From assembly GCA_963663225.1 (NCBI GenBank), contig OY760142.1:1344001-1408000 (forward strand): 64,000 nt of DNA. The letters run 5' to 3'. Within the stretch, counting starts at the first letter, position 1, and each line of letters opens with the position of its first letter. The position numbers were made by a program, and so were the translations under genes. The notes beneath the pieces were generated by a model, which was given only the letters and a program-made list of their open reading frames with translations, did no database searches and was not told where the DNA came from. The DNA comes from Nitrospirota bacterium (GTDB taxonomy: Bacteria > Nitrospirota > UBA9217). Below, piece after piece: positions 18,755 through 28,585 of this stretch.

Positions 18755-20710
18755 ATGAACAAACTGATACATGCAAAATCCCCGTACCTCCGGCATGCCG
18801 CCCATCAGAAAATAGACTGGTATCCATGGTCTGAAGAGGCATTTGAGCGGGCGCGAGCGGAAGACAAGCCGGTCTTTCTGAGCACAGGCGCGGTCTGGTG
18901 CCATTGGTGCCACGTCATGGCAAAGGAATCGTTCGAAGACGACGAGACCGCGCGGCTTCTGAATGAACTTTTTGTGTGCGTCAAGCTCGACCGCGACGAA
19001 TATCCTGACATTGACCGGCGCTACCAGCAGGCAGTGGCTGCCATGAGCTCGGCAGGAGGCTGGCCGCTTTCCGTTTTCCTGACGCCCGACAAGCAGCCGT
19101 TTTTCGGCGGCACCTATTTCCCGCCCCGAGACATGCAGGGCAGGCCCGGGTTCAAACAGGTGCTCCGCGTGGTCAGCAATTTCTATAAAACCGAAAAAAG
19201 CAATGCGCTGTCCTATGCGGCGCGGCTGATGGACGCGCTCAAGCCTCCGGCGGCAATTCCTGCTTCACTGGATCCGGCGCTGCTTCACGCAGCAGAAGAA
19301 TCCATGCTTGCGGCATTTGACAGCGAGAACGGAGGTTTCGGTTCTGCCCCGAAATTTCCCCTGTGCGGCGCGATTTCATTTCTTCTTCTGCGGTCGGCTC
19401 GAAATCCGGATTCCGCCGCAGGCCGGGCAGTGCGGATGGCGCTTGACGCCATGGCGCGCGGAGGTTTTTATGACCAGCTTGGGGGCGGTTTCCACCGCTA
19501 TTCCACGGACAAGGCGTGGATGGTCCCTCATTTCGAAAAAATGGCGGATGACAATGCCGAACTTCTCAAAAGCTATATCCATGCCTCTGTTTTGTTCGAA
19601 GATGAGCGCCTGCGGACGATTGTCCGCGGAATAATCGCGTATGTCGAGGAGGTGCTTTCCGATCCTCAGGGCGGTTTTTACGCAAGCCAGGACGCGGATG
19701 TGACGCCTGATGATGAAGGGGGATATTTTACCTGGACGCATGATGAGTTCAAAAGCGTCCTGAACACGGAAGAGTACCAGGTGCTGTCTGCCTTCTTCCT
19801 GAACGATCGGGGCATGATGCATCATGATCCCGAGAAAATTGCTTTATCCAGCCTGAAAGAACCTGAAGAGATCGCGGAGGAGCTTGGAAAGTCTCTGGAT
19901 GAAATAAGGAACATCATGACGCTTGGACGGGAAAAACTGCTGTCAGCAAGAATGAAGCGGCAGGCCCCTTTTATTGACAGAACGCTTTATACCTCTTTGA
20001 ACGGCATGCTGATCGGGGCATTTTTTCGCGTAGCCGCCGTGCTCGGAAACGAGGAAATTCTGCAGTTCGCCGTTTTGAGCCTTGAGCGCATTCTGAAAGA
20101 ACGGCTTACGCGGGGTACGCTTCAGCATGCGGAAAATGTTCCCGCACTGCTTGACGACTACGTGTATCTCATCGATGCGCTTGTCTCCGGGTATGAGGCG
20201 ACTGCAAATCGCCGGTACCTTGATCTGGCCGACGACTTCATGGCCGTGTGCAGAGAAAAATTTTACGACCAGTCGGAAGGCGGTTTCTTCGACACCGAGA
20301 ATGATGTTTTAGGCATGCGGCTCAAGCGCATAGAGGATGTCCCTCATCCGTCAGCCAATGCAGCGGCCGTCCTGCTGCTGCTCAAGCTTTCGTTCATGAA
20401 AGAGAAACCATCCTATCGTCGTATGGCAGAGCAAACGCTGGAACTGTTTGGCGGTCCGGCGGCTGCCATGGGCATCCATGCCGGCGCCTATTTCTGCGCG
20501 CTGGAGGCCTGGTTTCATATGATTCATCTTACCATAGAGGCAGCACCCGACAGTCCTCTGGCGCAGAAAGCCGTGGAACTTGCAGCGACCCGTTCAGTGG
20601 CTGTTCTCTACGGTGAAGACCACGGAAGGGTTGTTCTCTGTAAAGAAGGCGTGTGCCTTGAGCCTGTTACCGATCCTGCCCGCCTGAAGGATGTTTTGCC
20701 CCCTCTGTAG
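18755..20710 (+). CDS. YyaL/SSP411-family thioredoxin-domain protein
   Basis: NKL....SPYLRHAAH, WCHWCHVMAKESF, GGWPLSVFLTP, GGGFHRYS, PHFEKM. Confidence 0.92.
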   Translation: MNKLIHAKSPYLRHAAHQKIDWYPWSEEAFERARAEDKPVFLSTGAVWCHWCHVMAKESFEDDETARLLNELFVCVKLDRDEYPDIDRRYQQAVAAMSSAGGWPLSVFLTPDKQPFFGGTYFPPRDMQGRPGFKQVLRVVSNFYKTEKSNALSYAARLMDALKPPAAIPASLDPALLHAAEESMLAAFDSENGGFGSAPKFPLCGAISFLLLRSARNPDSAAGRAVRMALDAMARGGFYDQLGGGFHRYSTDKAWMVPHFEKMADDNAELLKSYIHASVLFEDERLRTIVRGIIAYVEEVLSDPQGGFYASQDADVTPDDEGGYFTWTHDEFKSVLNTEEYQVLSAFFLNDRGMMHHDPEKIALSSLKEPEEIAEELGKSLDEIRNIMTLGREKLLSARMKRQAPFIDRTLYTSLNGMLIGAFFRVAAVLGNEEILQFAVLSLERILKERLTRGTLQHAENVPALLDDYVYLIDALVSGYEATANRRYLDLADDFMAVCREKFYDQSEGGFFDTENDVLGMRLKRIEDVPHPSANAAAVLLLLKLSFMKEKPSYRRMAEQTLELFGGPAAAMGIHAGAYFCALEAWFHMIHLTIEAAPDSPLAQKAVELAATRSVAVLYGEDHGRVVLCKEGVCLEPVTDPARLKDVLPPL

Positions 20711-20835
20711 CGAAATGATCCCAAACACACAAAAAAGCCTTTTAATTCACTTGTTTTTATTGATTCTATTGGTTATAATATATATTCTTTGAAAAACATC
20801 TCATGATTTTATGAGCAGTGGATGGAGGTTGTTGT

Positions 20836-21132
20836 ATGCCTGTTTACGAATATGAATGCGAAAGCTGCGGCGGCCGTTTTGAAGCCATTCAGAAGTTCAG
20901 CGATCCCGCAGTTTCCGAGTGCAGTTTATGTCACGCAAAAAACGTGAAGAAAGTACTTTCGACGCCGGCGTTTGTGCTGAAAGGCACAGGATGGTATATA
21001 ACCGATTATGCCTCGCAAGACCGAAAGAAAGCAGTAGCGGCTGAAAAGTCTGTGGCGGATGCCAAGCCGGGCAGCGGGTGTGCAGCCGGCGCATGCGCGG
21101 GCGGAGCGTGCTCAGCGAAGACTGGATCCTGA
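20836..21132 (+). CDS. FmdB-family zinc-ribbon protein
   Basis: MPVYEYECESC...CSLC...FVLKGTGWYITDY. Confidence 0.92.
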   Translation: MPVYEYECESCGGRFEAIQKFSDPAVSECSLCHAKNVKKVLSTPAFVLKGTGWYITDYASQDRKKAVAAEKSVADAKPGSGCAAGACAGGACSAKTGS

Positions 21133-21920
21133 TGCAACCGTTGCATATTCATGTTCCGTATCTCGTGCTGAATGATTACTTTGACTTCATCCGGGAGCGG
21201 CGCTATGATCTCGAGTTGTATCTGTCGGCGGCGGCCCTTGACGGGATCGGAAAACCCGAGACGGAGGGTCTGCTGGAACGCCTTGACTGGAGTCCTGCAC
21301 TTACCCTCCATGCACCGTTTCTGGACCTGAATCCCGGATCTGCTGATCCGCGGATCCGGTCCGCAACATACGATCGTTTTTGCCAGCTGCTGGATGTTGC
21401 GGCTGTTCTCAAGCCCCGCGCCGCGGTGTTTCATACGGCGTATGACAAATGGCGCTGTAACGGGCAGGAAGATATCTGGCTCGCGAACAGCGTGGATATG
21501 TGGCATCGGGTGATGGATACAGCATCACGGATTGGATTGCGTGTCGCTCTTGAGAATGTTTTCGACGAAAACCCCGATGCGCTCCAGCTCCTCATGGACC
21601 GGATCAACAGCCCGGATTTCGGTTTTTGTTTCGATACCGGACATTTTAATCTCTTTACCACGGTTCCGATGGAACGGTGGTTTCAGTCTCTCGGCAGCCG
21701 GCTGGTTGAAGTGCATCTCCATGACAATGACGGCACTGCAGACTCCCACTGGGCGCTCGGCAAAGGCTCAATCGATTTCGAACAATTTTTCGGTCTGATG
21801 AGCGCACGCGCTCCTTTGCCGGTGTTTACCATTGAGGCACACAGCAAAAATGACGCCGAGACAAGCCGGCAGCGGGTCAGGGCCCTTATCAAGAAGCATT
21901 ACCAACTGCCTGAAGCATAA
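21132..21920 (+). CDS. Sugar-phosphate isomerase/epimerase (AP endonuclease 2 barrel) family protein
   Basis: LHAPFLDLNPGS, LENV, CFDTGH, VHLHDNDG..DSH. Confidence 0.88.
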   Translation: MQPLHIHVPYLVLNDYFDFIRERRYDLELYLSAAALDGIGKPETEGLLERLDWSPALTLHAPFLDLNPGSADPRIRSATYDRFCQLLDVAAVLKPRAAVFHTAYDKWRCNGQEDIWLANSVDMWHRVMDTASRIGLRVALENVFDENPDALQLLMDRINSPDFGFCFDTGHFNLFTTVPMERWFQSLGSRLVEVHLHDNDGTADSHWALGKGSIDFEQFFGLMSARAPLPVFTIEAHSKNDAETSRQRVRALIKKHYQLPEA

Positions 21921-22011
21921 ACAGCACAGCAAGGAATCTCTGGCAGCCCACCGGGCTTGGCCGGGAATTATTGTACTATACAGAACCGCCCCAAACACAA
22001 GACCATACCGT

Positions 22012-23769
22012 ATGAAAAATATTTCTTTTCTCATTCTGGCATTTTTGCTTGCTTCCTGTTCAGCGGGCCCCCGCCTCTGTGAAACTACGGAAACGAAGGC
22101 GCGGTGCATTGACCCTCTGGCCGACATCCGGGCGACGTCCGACGCGTATTACCATTTTATGATCGGAAGCCTGCTGGAGCAGGAAGGGAATTTTGATGCT
22201 GCTCTGAAAGAGTATTCCGAGGCGTACCGGCTGGATCCGAACGCATCAACAGCGGCGCTTTCCATGGCAGCCCTTTACCTGCGCAAAGGACAGCTTGATG
22301 AAGCGGTCCCGTATATGCAAAAGGTGCTGACGGCCGAGCCTGAAAACACAAAAGCCTTGCTGATGGCAGGCGGCATATATACCAGCAAGAAGCAATATGA
22401 TGAGGCGATAGCTGCATACCGCAAAGTACTGTCGATCGATCCAAAACAGGAAGATGCCGCGATTTATCTGGGATCGCTCTACGCCGGCCTGAAACGGTAT
22501 GACGAAGCCATAGCAACATTTAAAACACTCGGCACCGTCAGTCCGGATTCTCTCATGGCGCCGTATTATCTCGGCCGGATCTACACCGAGCGGCAGCGGT
22601 ACAAGGAGGCCCTGGCGGAGTTTAAACGGGTCATCGCGCTCAGGGAAAACTTCGAACCGGCTCATACCGGCATGGCCCTCGTCTATGAACTGATGAACAA
22701 GATTCCCGAAGCGATCAAAGCATACAAATCGAGCCTTGATCTGAACCCCCTGAACCTTGAAGTGCGCCAGCACCTTGCCCAGCTTTATATCCAGCAAAAC
22801 GAACTCGACAACGCCCTGGAACAGCTTACGAAAATCACGGCTCTGGATTCCGGCAATCTGGATGCTTTTGTAAAAATGGGGCTCATCTATGTTGAGCAGA
22901 AAAAGTATGAGCAGGCAGCCGCTGCATTCAAGATTGTTTCCCGGGCGGCCCCGAATGACCTGCGGATCAGACGGTATTTTGCCTCTACTTTGGCGGCGCT
23001 CGGGCGGCCAGAGGAGGCGCTCACGGAATACCGGGCCATCCTTGCAGGCGCGCCCGACGATACAGACACGCTGCTGCAGATAGCAGCGCTGTATTCGCAG
23101 ATGCACCGGACGCCTGAGGCCATTCCGCTTCTGGAAAAAGCCCTCGCCGATCAACCGGGAAAACCGGAGCTGTATCTGTATCTTGCCAACGCATATATGG
23201 ATGTCGAGAAATACCAGCAGTCCGTCGAAACGCTGAAAAAAGGCCTTCACATGGCGCCGGACCGTGACGATCTGATGTTCAGTCTCGCCGTTGCGTACGA
23301 GAAGCAGGGCAAGCGCGAGGACATGATTGCCGCGCTCAGGAAAACACTTGAACTCAAGCCGGACAACGCTGATGCATTAAACTATCTGGGCTACACCTAT
23401 GCTGAAAAAGGCGAGAACCTGGACGAGTCAATCCGCTTAATCAAGCGGGCATTGCTGTATAAGCCCGAGAGCGGCTACATTCTCGACAGCCTGGCCTGGG
23501 CGTATTATCAGAAGGGCATGCTGAAAGAGGCCCTTGCAAAAATGAAAGAGGCAATCGCAAAAGAAAGCGAAGATCCCGTGATGCGCGAGCATTTCGGGGA
23601 TATTTTCTTCAAACTTTCCCAGAAAGATCAGGCGCGGGAGCAGTGGCTCCGGTCGCTGGAAATCGACCCCAAAAACCAGAAACTCCGGGAAAAGTTCAGG
23701 GAATCCGGTTTCGGCAACCCGGATGAACTGCTCAAGAACATAACGCCAAGGAAAAAGAACCTGAAGTGA
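22012..23769 (+). CDS. TPR-repeat lipoprotein
   Basis: LASC lipobox; many TPRs; ALNYLGYTYA...YILDSLAW...EHFGD C-terminal motif. Confidence 0.9.
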   Translation: MKNISFLILAFLLASCSAGPRLCETTETKARCIDPLADIRATSDAYYHFMIGSLLEQEGNFDAALKEYSEAYRLDPNASTAALSMAALYLRKGQLDEAVPYMQKVLTAEPENTKALLMAGGIYTSKKQYDEAIAAYRKVLSIDPKQEDAAIYLGSLYAGLKRYDEAIATFKTLGTVSPDSLMAPYYLGRIYTERQRYKEALAEFKRVIALRENFEPAHTGMALVYELMNKIPEAIKAYKSSLDLNPLNLEVRQHLAQLYIQQNELDNALEQLTKITALDSGNLDAFVKMGLIYVEQKKYEQAAAAFKIVSRAAPNDLRIRRYFASTLAALGRPEEALTEYRAILAGAPDDTDTLLQIAALYSQMHRTPEAIPLLEKALADQPGKPELYLYLANAYMDVEKYQQSVETLKKGLHMAPDRDDLMFSLAVAYEKQGKREDMIAALRKTLELKPDNADALNYLGYTYAEKGENLDESIRLIKRALLYKPESGYILDSLAWAYYQKGMLKEALAKMKEAIAKESEDPVMREHFGDIFFKLSQKDQAREQWLRSLEIDPKNQKLREKFRESGFGNPDELLKNITPRKKNLK

Positions 23770-24545
23770 AGACCCCCTTATTTGCCGTCTTGCTCATTAT
23801 TCCGCTTGTATTCGCGTGCGCGCCTAAAAAACCCGATGTTCCCTTGACAGAAGTTCCGGCAGGACCTTTAGTGCAGGCGCTGGACCAGCGACACCGCTCG
23901 TTTCACGGCATGAAGGCCATTGCCAGCATCGTAATCCAGAAATGGGGGAAAAAGCGCGTTCTGGAAAACGTCGGTATTGTGCTTGACGGACAGTGCAGAT
24001 TCCGCATGGAGGCCTATGGTCCCCTGGGGCAGACAATCACGGCTTTCGTTTGGAACGGGAAAACCATGCTGCTCCGGCGACCGGACAGCGACAGAGTTGA
24101 GCAGCAGGGAGAGGATGGCTTCGCACGGCTCCTCGGTCAGGGGCTGAACGCGCGGGAATTCTGCGCCATACTGTCGGGAAATATTCCGGAATTAGCACGA
24201 CCGTATCGTGCGGTGCAGCTGTGCGGACGGGATGGCGGGTGTGTTCTTGAAATTTCCCGCGACGACAGTGTGCGTCGCGTGCAGGTCGTCTATCCTGCCG
24301 CGACCGGCCTGGCGCCGGAGGCGCAGATTGTTTCCCAGGAGTTGCACCAGTCAGGAGACATCAGCTACCGGGTCAGATTTGACCGGACGATTTCAATCGC
24401 AAACTACCGTCTTCCGACAAAAATCGAGATCGAGGTTCCCGAGCGCCATCTGCAGCTGACGATTGAGTATGACAGCGATCTTGAGGTCGATATTCCGATT
24501 CAAGACGAATTATTTGAGATTCCAAACAACGAGACAGCCAACTGA
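23766..24545 (+). CDS. LolB-like/DUF4292-like lipoprotein
   Basis: FAC lipobox; FRMEAYGPLG; position between the TPR protein and ispE. Confidence 0.65.
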   Translation: MKTPLFAVLLIIPLVFACAPKKPDVPLTEVPAGPLVQALDQRHRSFHGMKAIASIVIQKWGKKRVLENVGIVLDGQCRFRMEAYGPLGQTITAFVWNGKTMLLRRPDSDRVEQQGEDGFARLLGQGLNAREFCAILSGNIPELARPYRAVQLCGRDGGCVLEISRDDSVRRVQVVYPAATGLAPEAQIVSQELHQSGDISYRVRFDRTISIANYRLPTKIEIEVPERHLQLTIEYDSDLEVDIPIQDELFEIPNNETAN

Positions 24546-24646
24546 CGCCTGCTTCCCTGCGGTGCGAACATCTGAAGCATGAGCTTTGCATCCGAATCTG
24601 TTGATGCTCTGGAAAAAAGTTTTCCTGTTTAAAGGAGTGATGCACA

Positions 24647-25519
24647 ATGGACACAGTTACGCTCCAATCTCCGGCAAAGATCAATCTTTGCCTGTCTGTG
24701 CTTGCCAAACGGCCGGACGGTTACCATGAGGTAGAGATGCTCATGCAGATGGTAGGGCTGTATGATGAAATAACGATAACCACTGCAAAGACGGGCATCA
24801 GTATTTCCTGCGATGCCGGAGCCGTTCCGTCGGATGGACGAAACACTGCATGGAAGGCCGCGGCAGAGATGCTCGGCATTTCCGGAAAAAATACGGGCCT
24901 GGCAATTGAGATCAGAAAGAAAATCCCCGTGGCGGCGGGACTTGCGGGAGGAAGCGGCAATGCTGCCGCGGTGCTTGCAGGAGTAAATACGCTGCTGGGC
25001 ATGAATCTCAGCCGTGAACAGCTTGCTGAAATAGGCGCCAGGATCGGCATGGATGTTCCGTTTTTCTTCTTTGGGCCTACCGCTCTCGCCCGCGGGCGGG
25101 GGGAAATTCTGACATCATTGCCGCCGGTGCCCGTATTCTGGGTTCTCCTGGTAAATCCCGGGTTTGAGACCTCAACGGCGTGGGTGTATAAAAACTTAAA
25201 TTTGGTGTTGACAAAGAAAGTTGACTGTAATAAAATCGGAAGGCTTATGGTCCGAGACATCGCTTCTCGGCTGCATAATGACCTTGAAACCGTAACAAAA
25301 GCCGCTTATCCGGTTATTGGCACCATCCAACAGGCGCTTTTAAAACAAGGAGCTTTGGGCGCGCTGATGAGCGGAAGTGGGCCGACCGTCTTTGGTGTAT
25401 TTGAAACCGAGTCCGCCTGCCGGGCTGCCGCACAAAACCTCTCTGGCGAGGGGTGGAAGCTTTACCCGGCCGTGACACTGACAGAATCTCCGTTTGCGGA
25501 GCATCTTGCAGAACGGTAA
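24647..25519 (+). CDS. ispE: 4-diphosphocytidyl-2-C-methyl-D-erythritol kinase
   Basis: PAKINL, KKIPVAAGLAGGSGNAA, MSGSGPTVF. Confidence 0.97.
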   Translation: MDTVTLQSPAKINLCLSVLAKRPDGYHEVEMLMQMVGLYDEITITTAKTGISISCDAGAVPSDGRNTAWKAAAEMLGISGKNTGLAIEIRKKIPVAAGLAGGSGNAAAVLAGVNTLLGMNLSREQLAEIGARIGMDVPFFFFGPTALARGRGEILTSLPPVPVFWVLLVNPGFETSTAWVYKNLNLVLTKKVDCNKIGRLMVRDIASRLHNDLETVTKAAYPVIGTIQQALLKQGALGALMSGSGPTVFGVFETESACRAAAQNLSGEGWKLYPAVTLTESPFAEHLAER

Positions 25520-25583
25520 AAACCGTCTGCCGGATCAAGTTCTGACTGATAAAAACCGCGTTAGAACAGCATGGGGGGAGTAT

Positions 25584-25886
25584 ATGGACGTCACCGAGGT
25601 GAGGGTCTTTCTGGTCAATAGCGAAGAGCGGCTCAAGGCATACGCCACCATCACAATTGATAATGTGTTTCTGATCAGGGATCTCCGCGTCATCAACGGA
25701 AATACCGGCCTGTTTGTTGCCATGCCAAGCAGGAAAATGAAGGATGGAACGTTCAAGGATATCGCCCATCCCCTTAACAGCGAAACGAGACAGATGATCG
25801 AAAAAAAAGTTCTCTCGGAATATGAGCGGGAGCTGGAAAATCCTTCAAGGAAGGAATCAGCGCTGAAAGGATCAAACGAAGAATAG
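25584..25886 (+). CDS. spoVG: SpoVG family protein
   Basis: MDVTEVRV...LKAYATITID...GLFVAMPSRK...FKDIAHP. Confidence 0.96.
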   Translation: MDVTEVRVFLVNSEERLKAYATITIDNVFLIRDLRVINGNTGLFVAMPSRKMKDGTFKDIAHPLNSETRQMIEKKVLSEYERELENPSRKESALKGSNEE

Positions 25887-26005
25887 TAGTGCCGAATAAT
25901 ATCACGAGTTCTGCCGATTCTGCATCGCATCATGGAGAGGATAGGCGTTTGCCTATCCTTTTGATGTTTATCCGGCGGATTATGCCGGACCGGAAGCGCC
26001 GTTGA

Positions 26006-26079
26006 TCGGGGATCGTCTAATGGTAGGACAGAGGCCTTTGAAGCCTTTTATCGGGGTTCGACTCCCTGTCCCCGAACCA
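26006..26079 (+). tRNA. tRNA-Gln(TTG)
   Basis: Acceptor stem TCGGGGA/TCCCCGA, anticodon stem GAGGC-CTTTGAA-GCCTT, GGTTCGACTCC T-loop, encoded CCA; usual position before prs. Confidence 0.97.
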
Positions 26080-26118
26080 GTTTCTGAATATAATAAATAA
26101 AGCAAAGACGAGAGTATA

Positions 26119-27072
26119 ATGGTGACATTGAGAGGTCAGGAAATAAAGGTTTTTTCGGGAAACGCAAACGTTGCGCTGGCGAATGAAATTTGCCACAATC
26201 TGAATATTTCGCTGGGAAACGCGGTTGTGAGCAAATTCAGCGACGGCGAAATTAATGTGCAGATCGTAGATAATGTGCGAGGCATGGACGTTTTTGTTGT
26301 GCAGCCCACATCGAGCCCGGTAAACAGGCATCTTATGGAATTGCTTATCATGATCGATGCGCTCAAGCGCGCCTCGGCTGAGCGGATCACGGCGGTAATT
26401 CCCTACTACGGCTACGGCAGGCAAGACCGCAAAGTGCAGCCCCGCGTGCCGATTACCTCCAAACTGGTGGCGGATCTGATCACAACAGCCGGTGCCAGCC
26501 GGGTCCTGACGATGGACCTTCACGCGGGACAAATCCAGGGTTTTTTCAACATTCCCGTGGACAATCTTTTCGCCGCGTCGGTGATTTTGGAGTATCTGCG
26601 CACGAAAAAATTTACTAACTTGACGGTCGTGTCGCCGGATGCCGGCGGGGTGGAGCGCGCACGCGCTTTAGCGAAACGGCTGAACGCAACCCTTGCGATT
26701 ATCGACAAACGGCGCGACAAGCCGAATGTAGCGCAGGTCATGAACATTATCGGTGAAGTAAAGGGCCATGATTGCCTGCTTCTGGACGACATGGTTGATA
26801 CGGCGGGCACGCTGACTGAAGCGGCAGCTGCGCTGCGGTCAAAAGGCGCCGGCAAGATCATCGCCGCCTGTACTCATGCGGTCCTTTCCGGTCCCGCGAT
26901 CAAGCGTATTAACGATTCGGCGCTGGATGAGTTGATCGCAACGAATACCATTGCGCTCGACAGCAAGCAGCAGGAATGCGCAAAGCTGACGGTGCTGTCA
27001 GCCGCACCGCTTCTGGCAGAATCGATTAAGAGAATTCATGAGGAAACGTCGCTCAGTTCTTTGTTCGTTTGA
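26119..27072 (+). CDS. prs: Ribose-phosphate pyrophosphokinase
   Basis: FSDGE, PYYGYGRQDRK, DLHAGQIQGFF, VSPDAGG, DDMVDTAGT. Confidence 0.98.
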   Translation: MVTLRGQEIKVFSGNANVALANEICHNLNISLGNAVVSKFSDGEINVQIVDNVRGMDVFVVQPTSSPVNRHLMELLIMIDALKRASAERITAVIPYYGYGRQDRKVQPRVPITSKLVADLITTAGASRVLTMDLHAGQIQGFFNIPVDNLFAASVILEYLRTKKFTNLTVVSPDAGGVERARALAKRLNATLAIIDKRRDKPNVAQVMNIIGEVKGHDCLLLDDMVDTAGTLTEAAAALRSKGAGKIIAACTHAVLSGPAIKRINDSALDELIATNTIALDSKQQECAKLTVLSAAPLLAESIKRIHEETSLSSLFV

Positions 27073-27132
27073 AAAAGCACTAACAGTGTACACAGTCCGG
27101 CAGTTGAAACAGCGTTTATTTATGGAGGAGAA

Positions 27133-27870
27133 ATGGAAAAGTTTGCATTAACAGCACAGGTGAGAGAAAAGGCGGGAAAAGGGGTCGCCCGAGGCCTCAG
27201 ACGGAGCCAAATGGTGCCTGCCGTACTCTACAGCCACGGCAAGTCCACGCCGATCGCGATGGTCAATAAAGAGGTCACAAAAATCCTCAACACGGAAGGC
27301 GGAGAACACGCGCTTCTCAATTTGAAGCTGGAAGGGGCCAAGACAGACGGCGAGCGCATGGCCCTGATCAAGGAGTATCAGCTTGATCCGATCAGCGGTT
27401 CGCTTTTGCATGTGGATCTTCTGGAAGTTGCCATGAACGAAAAAGTAAAGATCCAGGTTGCTATTCACATCACTGGTTCCGCCCTCGGGGTAAAAGAAGG
27501 CGGCATCGTGCAGTCTGGCCTCCGGCACGTCGAAATCGAGTGTTTGCCGACCCAGATCCCCGATGCGTTCAATGTTGATATAACAGCCCTGAAGGTGAAT
27601 GAGTCGCTCCACGTTAAGGATATCAAGGTAGCGGATGGCGTAAAGATACTGACCGATGCCGACTCTACCCTCGTGAGCATCCAGCCTCCGATTTCCGATG
27701 CCAAGCTTGAGGCAATGCTGGCCGCGGCCCCGACTGCCGAAACCGGCGAGCCTGAGCTTGTCAAGAAACCGAAGAAAGAGGGAGAAGCGGAAACGCCTGC
27801 AGCTGAAGCGAAAGGTGCTGCGGCACCTGCCAAGGAAGCGGCAGCCAAGGAAGCCGCTCCGAAGAAGTAG
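27133..27870 (+). CDS. rplY: 50S ribosomal protein L25/Ctc
   Basis: GKGVARGLRR..VPAVLY, LHVDL, Ala/Glu/Lys-rich tail. Confidence 0.95.
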   Translation: MEKFALTAQVREKAGKGVARGLRRSQMVPAVLYSHGKSTPIAMVNKEVTKILNTEGGEHALLNLKLEGAKTDGERMALIKEYQLDPISGSLLHVDLLEVAMNEKVKIQVAIHITGSALGVKEGGIVQSGLRHVEIECLPTQIPDAFNVDITALKVNESLHVKDIKVADGVKILTDADSTLVSIQPPISDAKLEAMLAAAPTAETGEPELVKKPKKEGEAETPAAEAKGAAAPAKEAAAKEAAPKK

Positions 27871-27899
27871 GATATCCAGGCATCGTTTCCAGGGATTGC

Positions 27900-28463
27900 A
27901 TGAAAATTATTGTCGGTCTTGGCAACCCGGGCAGAAAATACGACCGCACCCGCCACAATGCGGGTTTTCAGGCAGTCGATGAACTTGCCAAAAAACTGCA
28001 CCTTGACATAATTCAAGAAAAACACCACGCCCTTCTTGCGAAAACCAGGATTGATTCGACCGAAGCAGTCCTGGTCAAGCCGCAGACGTATATGAATGAC
28101 AGCGGAAGGGCCGTGGGAGCGGTTCTCCGTGACACCTATGCTGCAATTTCCGATCTTATCGTAATACACGACGAACTTGATCTTTCCCTGGGATCGGTGC
28201 GGGTAAAACTCGGCGGCGGGCACGGCGGTCATAATGGACTTCGGTCCATTATCGAGCATCTGGGGTCGTCTGATTTTATCCGCGTGCGAATCGGCATCAA
28301 CCGCCCGGCGCCGGGAATGGATCCGGCAGACTATGTTCTTCGTCCGTTTTTGGCGGAAGAGCGCGATAGTGCGACAGAAGCAGTGGAAAAAGCCGCGGAG
28401 GCGGCACGGGTTGTGGCGATAGAGGGCCCGCGCAGGGCCATGAATGTTTTTAATCAACGGTAG
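27900..28463 (+). CDS. pth: Peptidyl-tRNA hydrolase
   Basis: VGLGNPG, TRHNAGF, KPQTYMN.SG, HDELD, GGHNGLRSI. Confidence 0.98.
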   Translation: MKIIVGLGNPGRKYDRTRHNAGFQAVDELAKKLHLDIIQEKHHALLAKTRIDSTEAVLVKPQTYMNDSGRAVGAVLRDTYAAISDLIVIHDELDLSLGSVRVKLGGGHGGHNGLRSIIEHLGSSDFIRVRIGINRPAPGMDPADYVLRPFLAEERDSATEAVEKAAEAARVVAIEGPRRAMNVFNQR

Positions 28464-28482
28464 CCGCACCCTTCAGGGTGCG
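28460..28482 (+). repeat. GTAG-type REP-like palindrome overlapping the pth stop codon
   Basis: GTAG-C-CGCACCCT-TC-AGGGTGCG. Confidence 0.5.
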
Positions 28483-28585
28483 TTCCCTATGTGTGAGAAC
28501 CAACCCGGATTCGGAGAATACTCCGACTGCTCCGGGTTTTTTTTATTACTCATAAATACCCCGAGAGCCGGGAAAAGGAGTCAGT

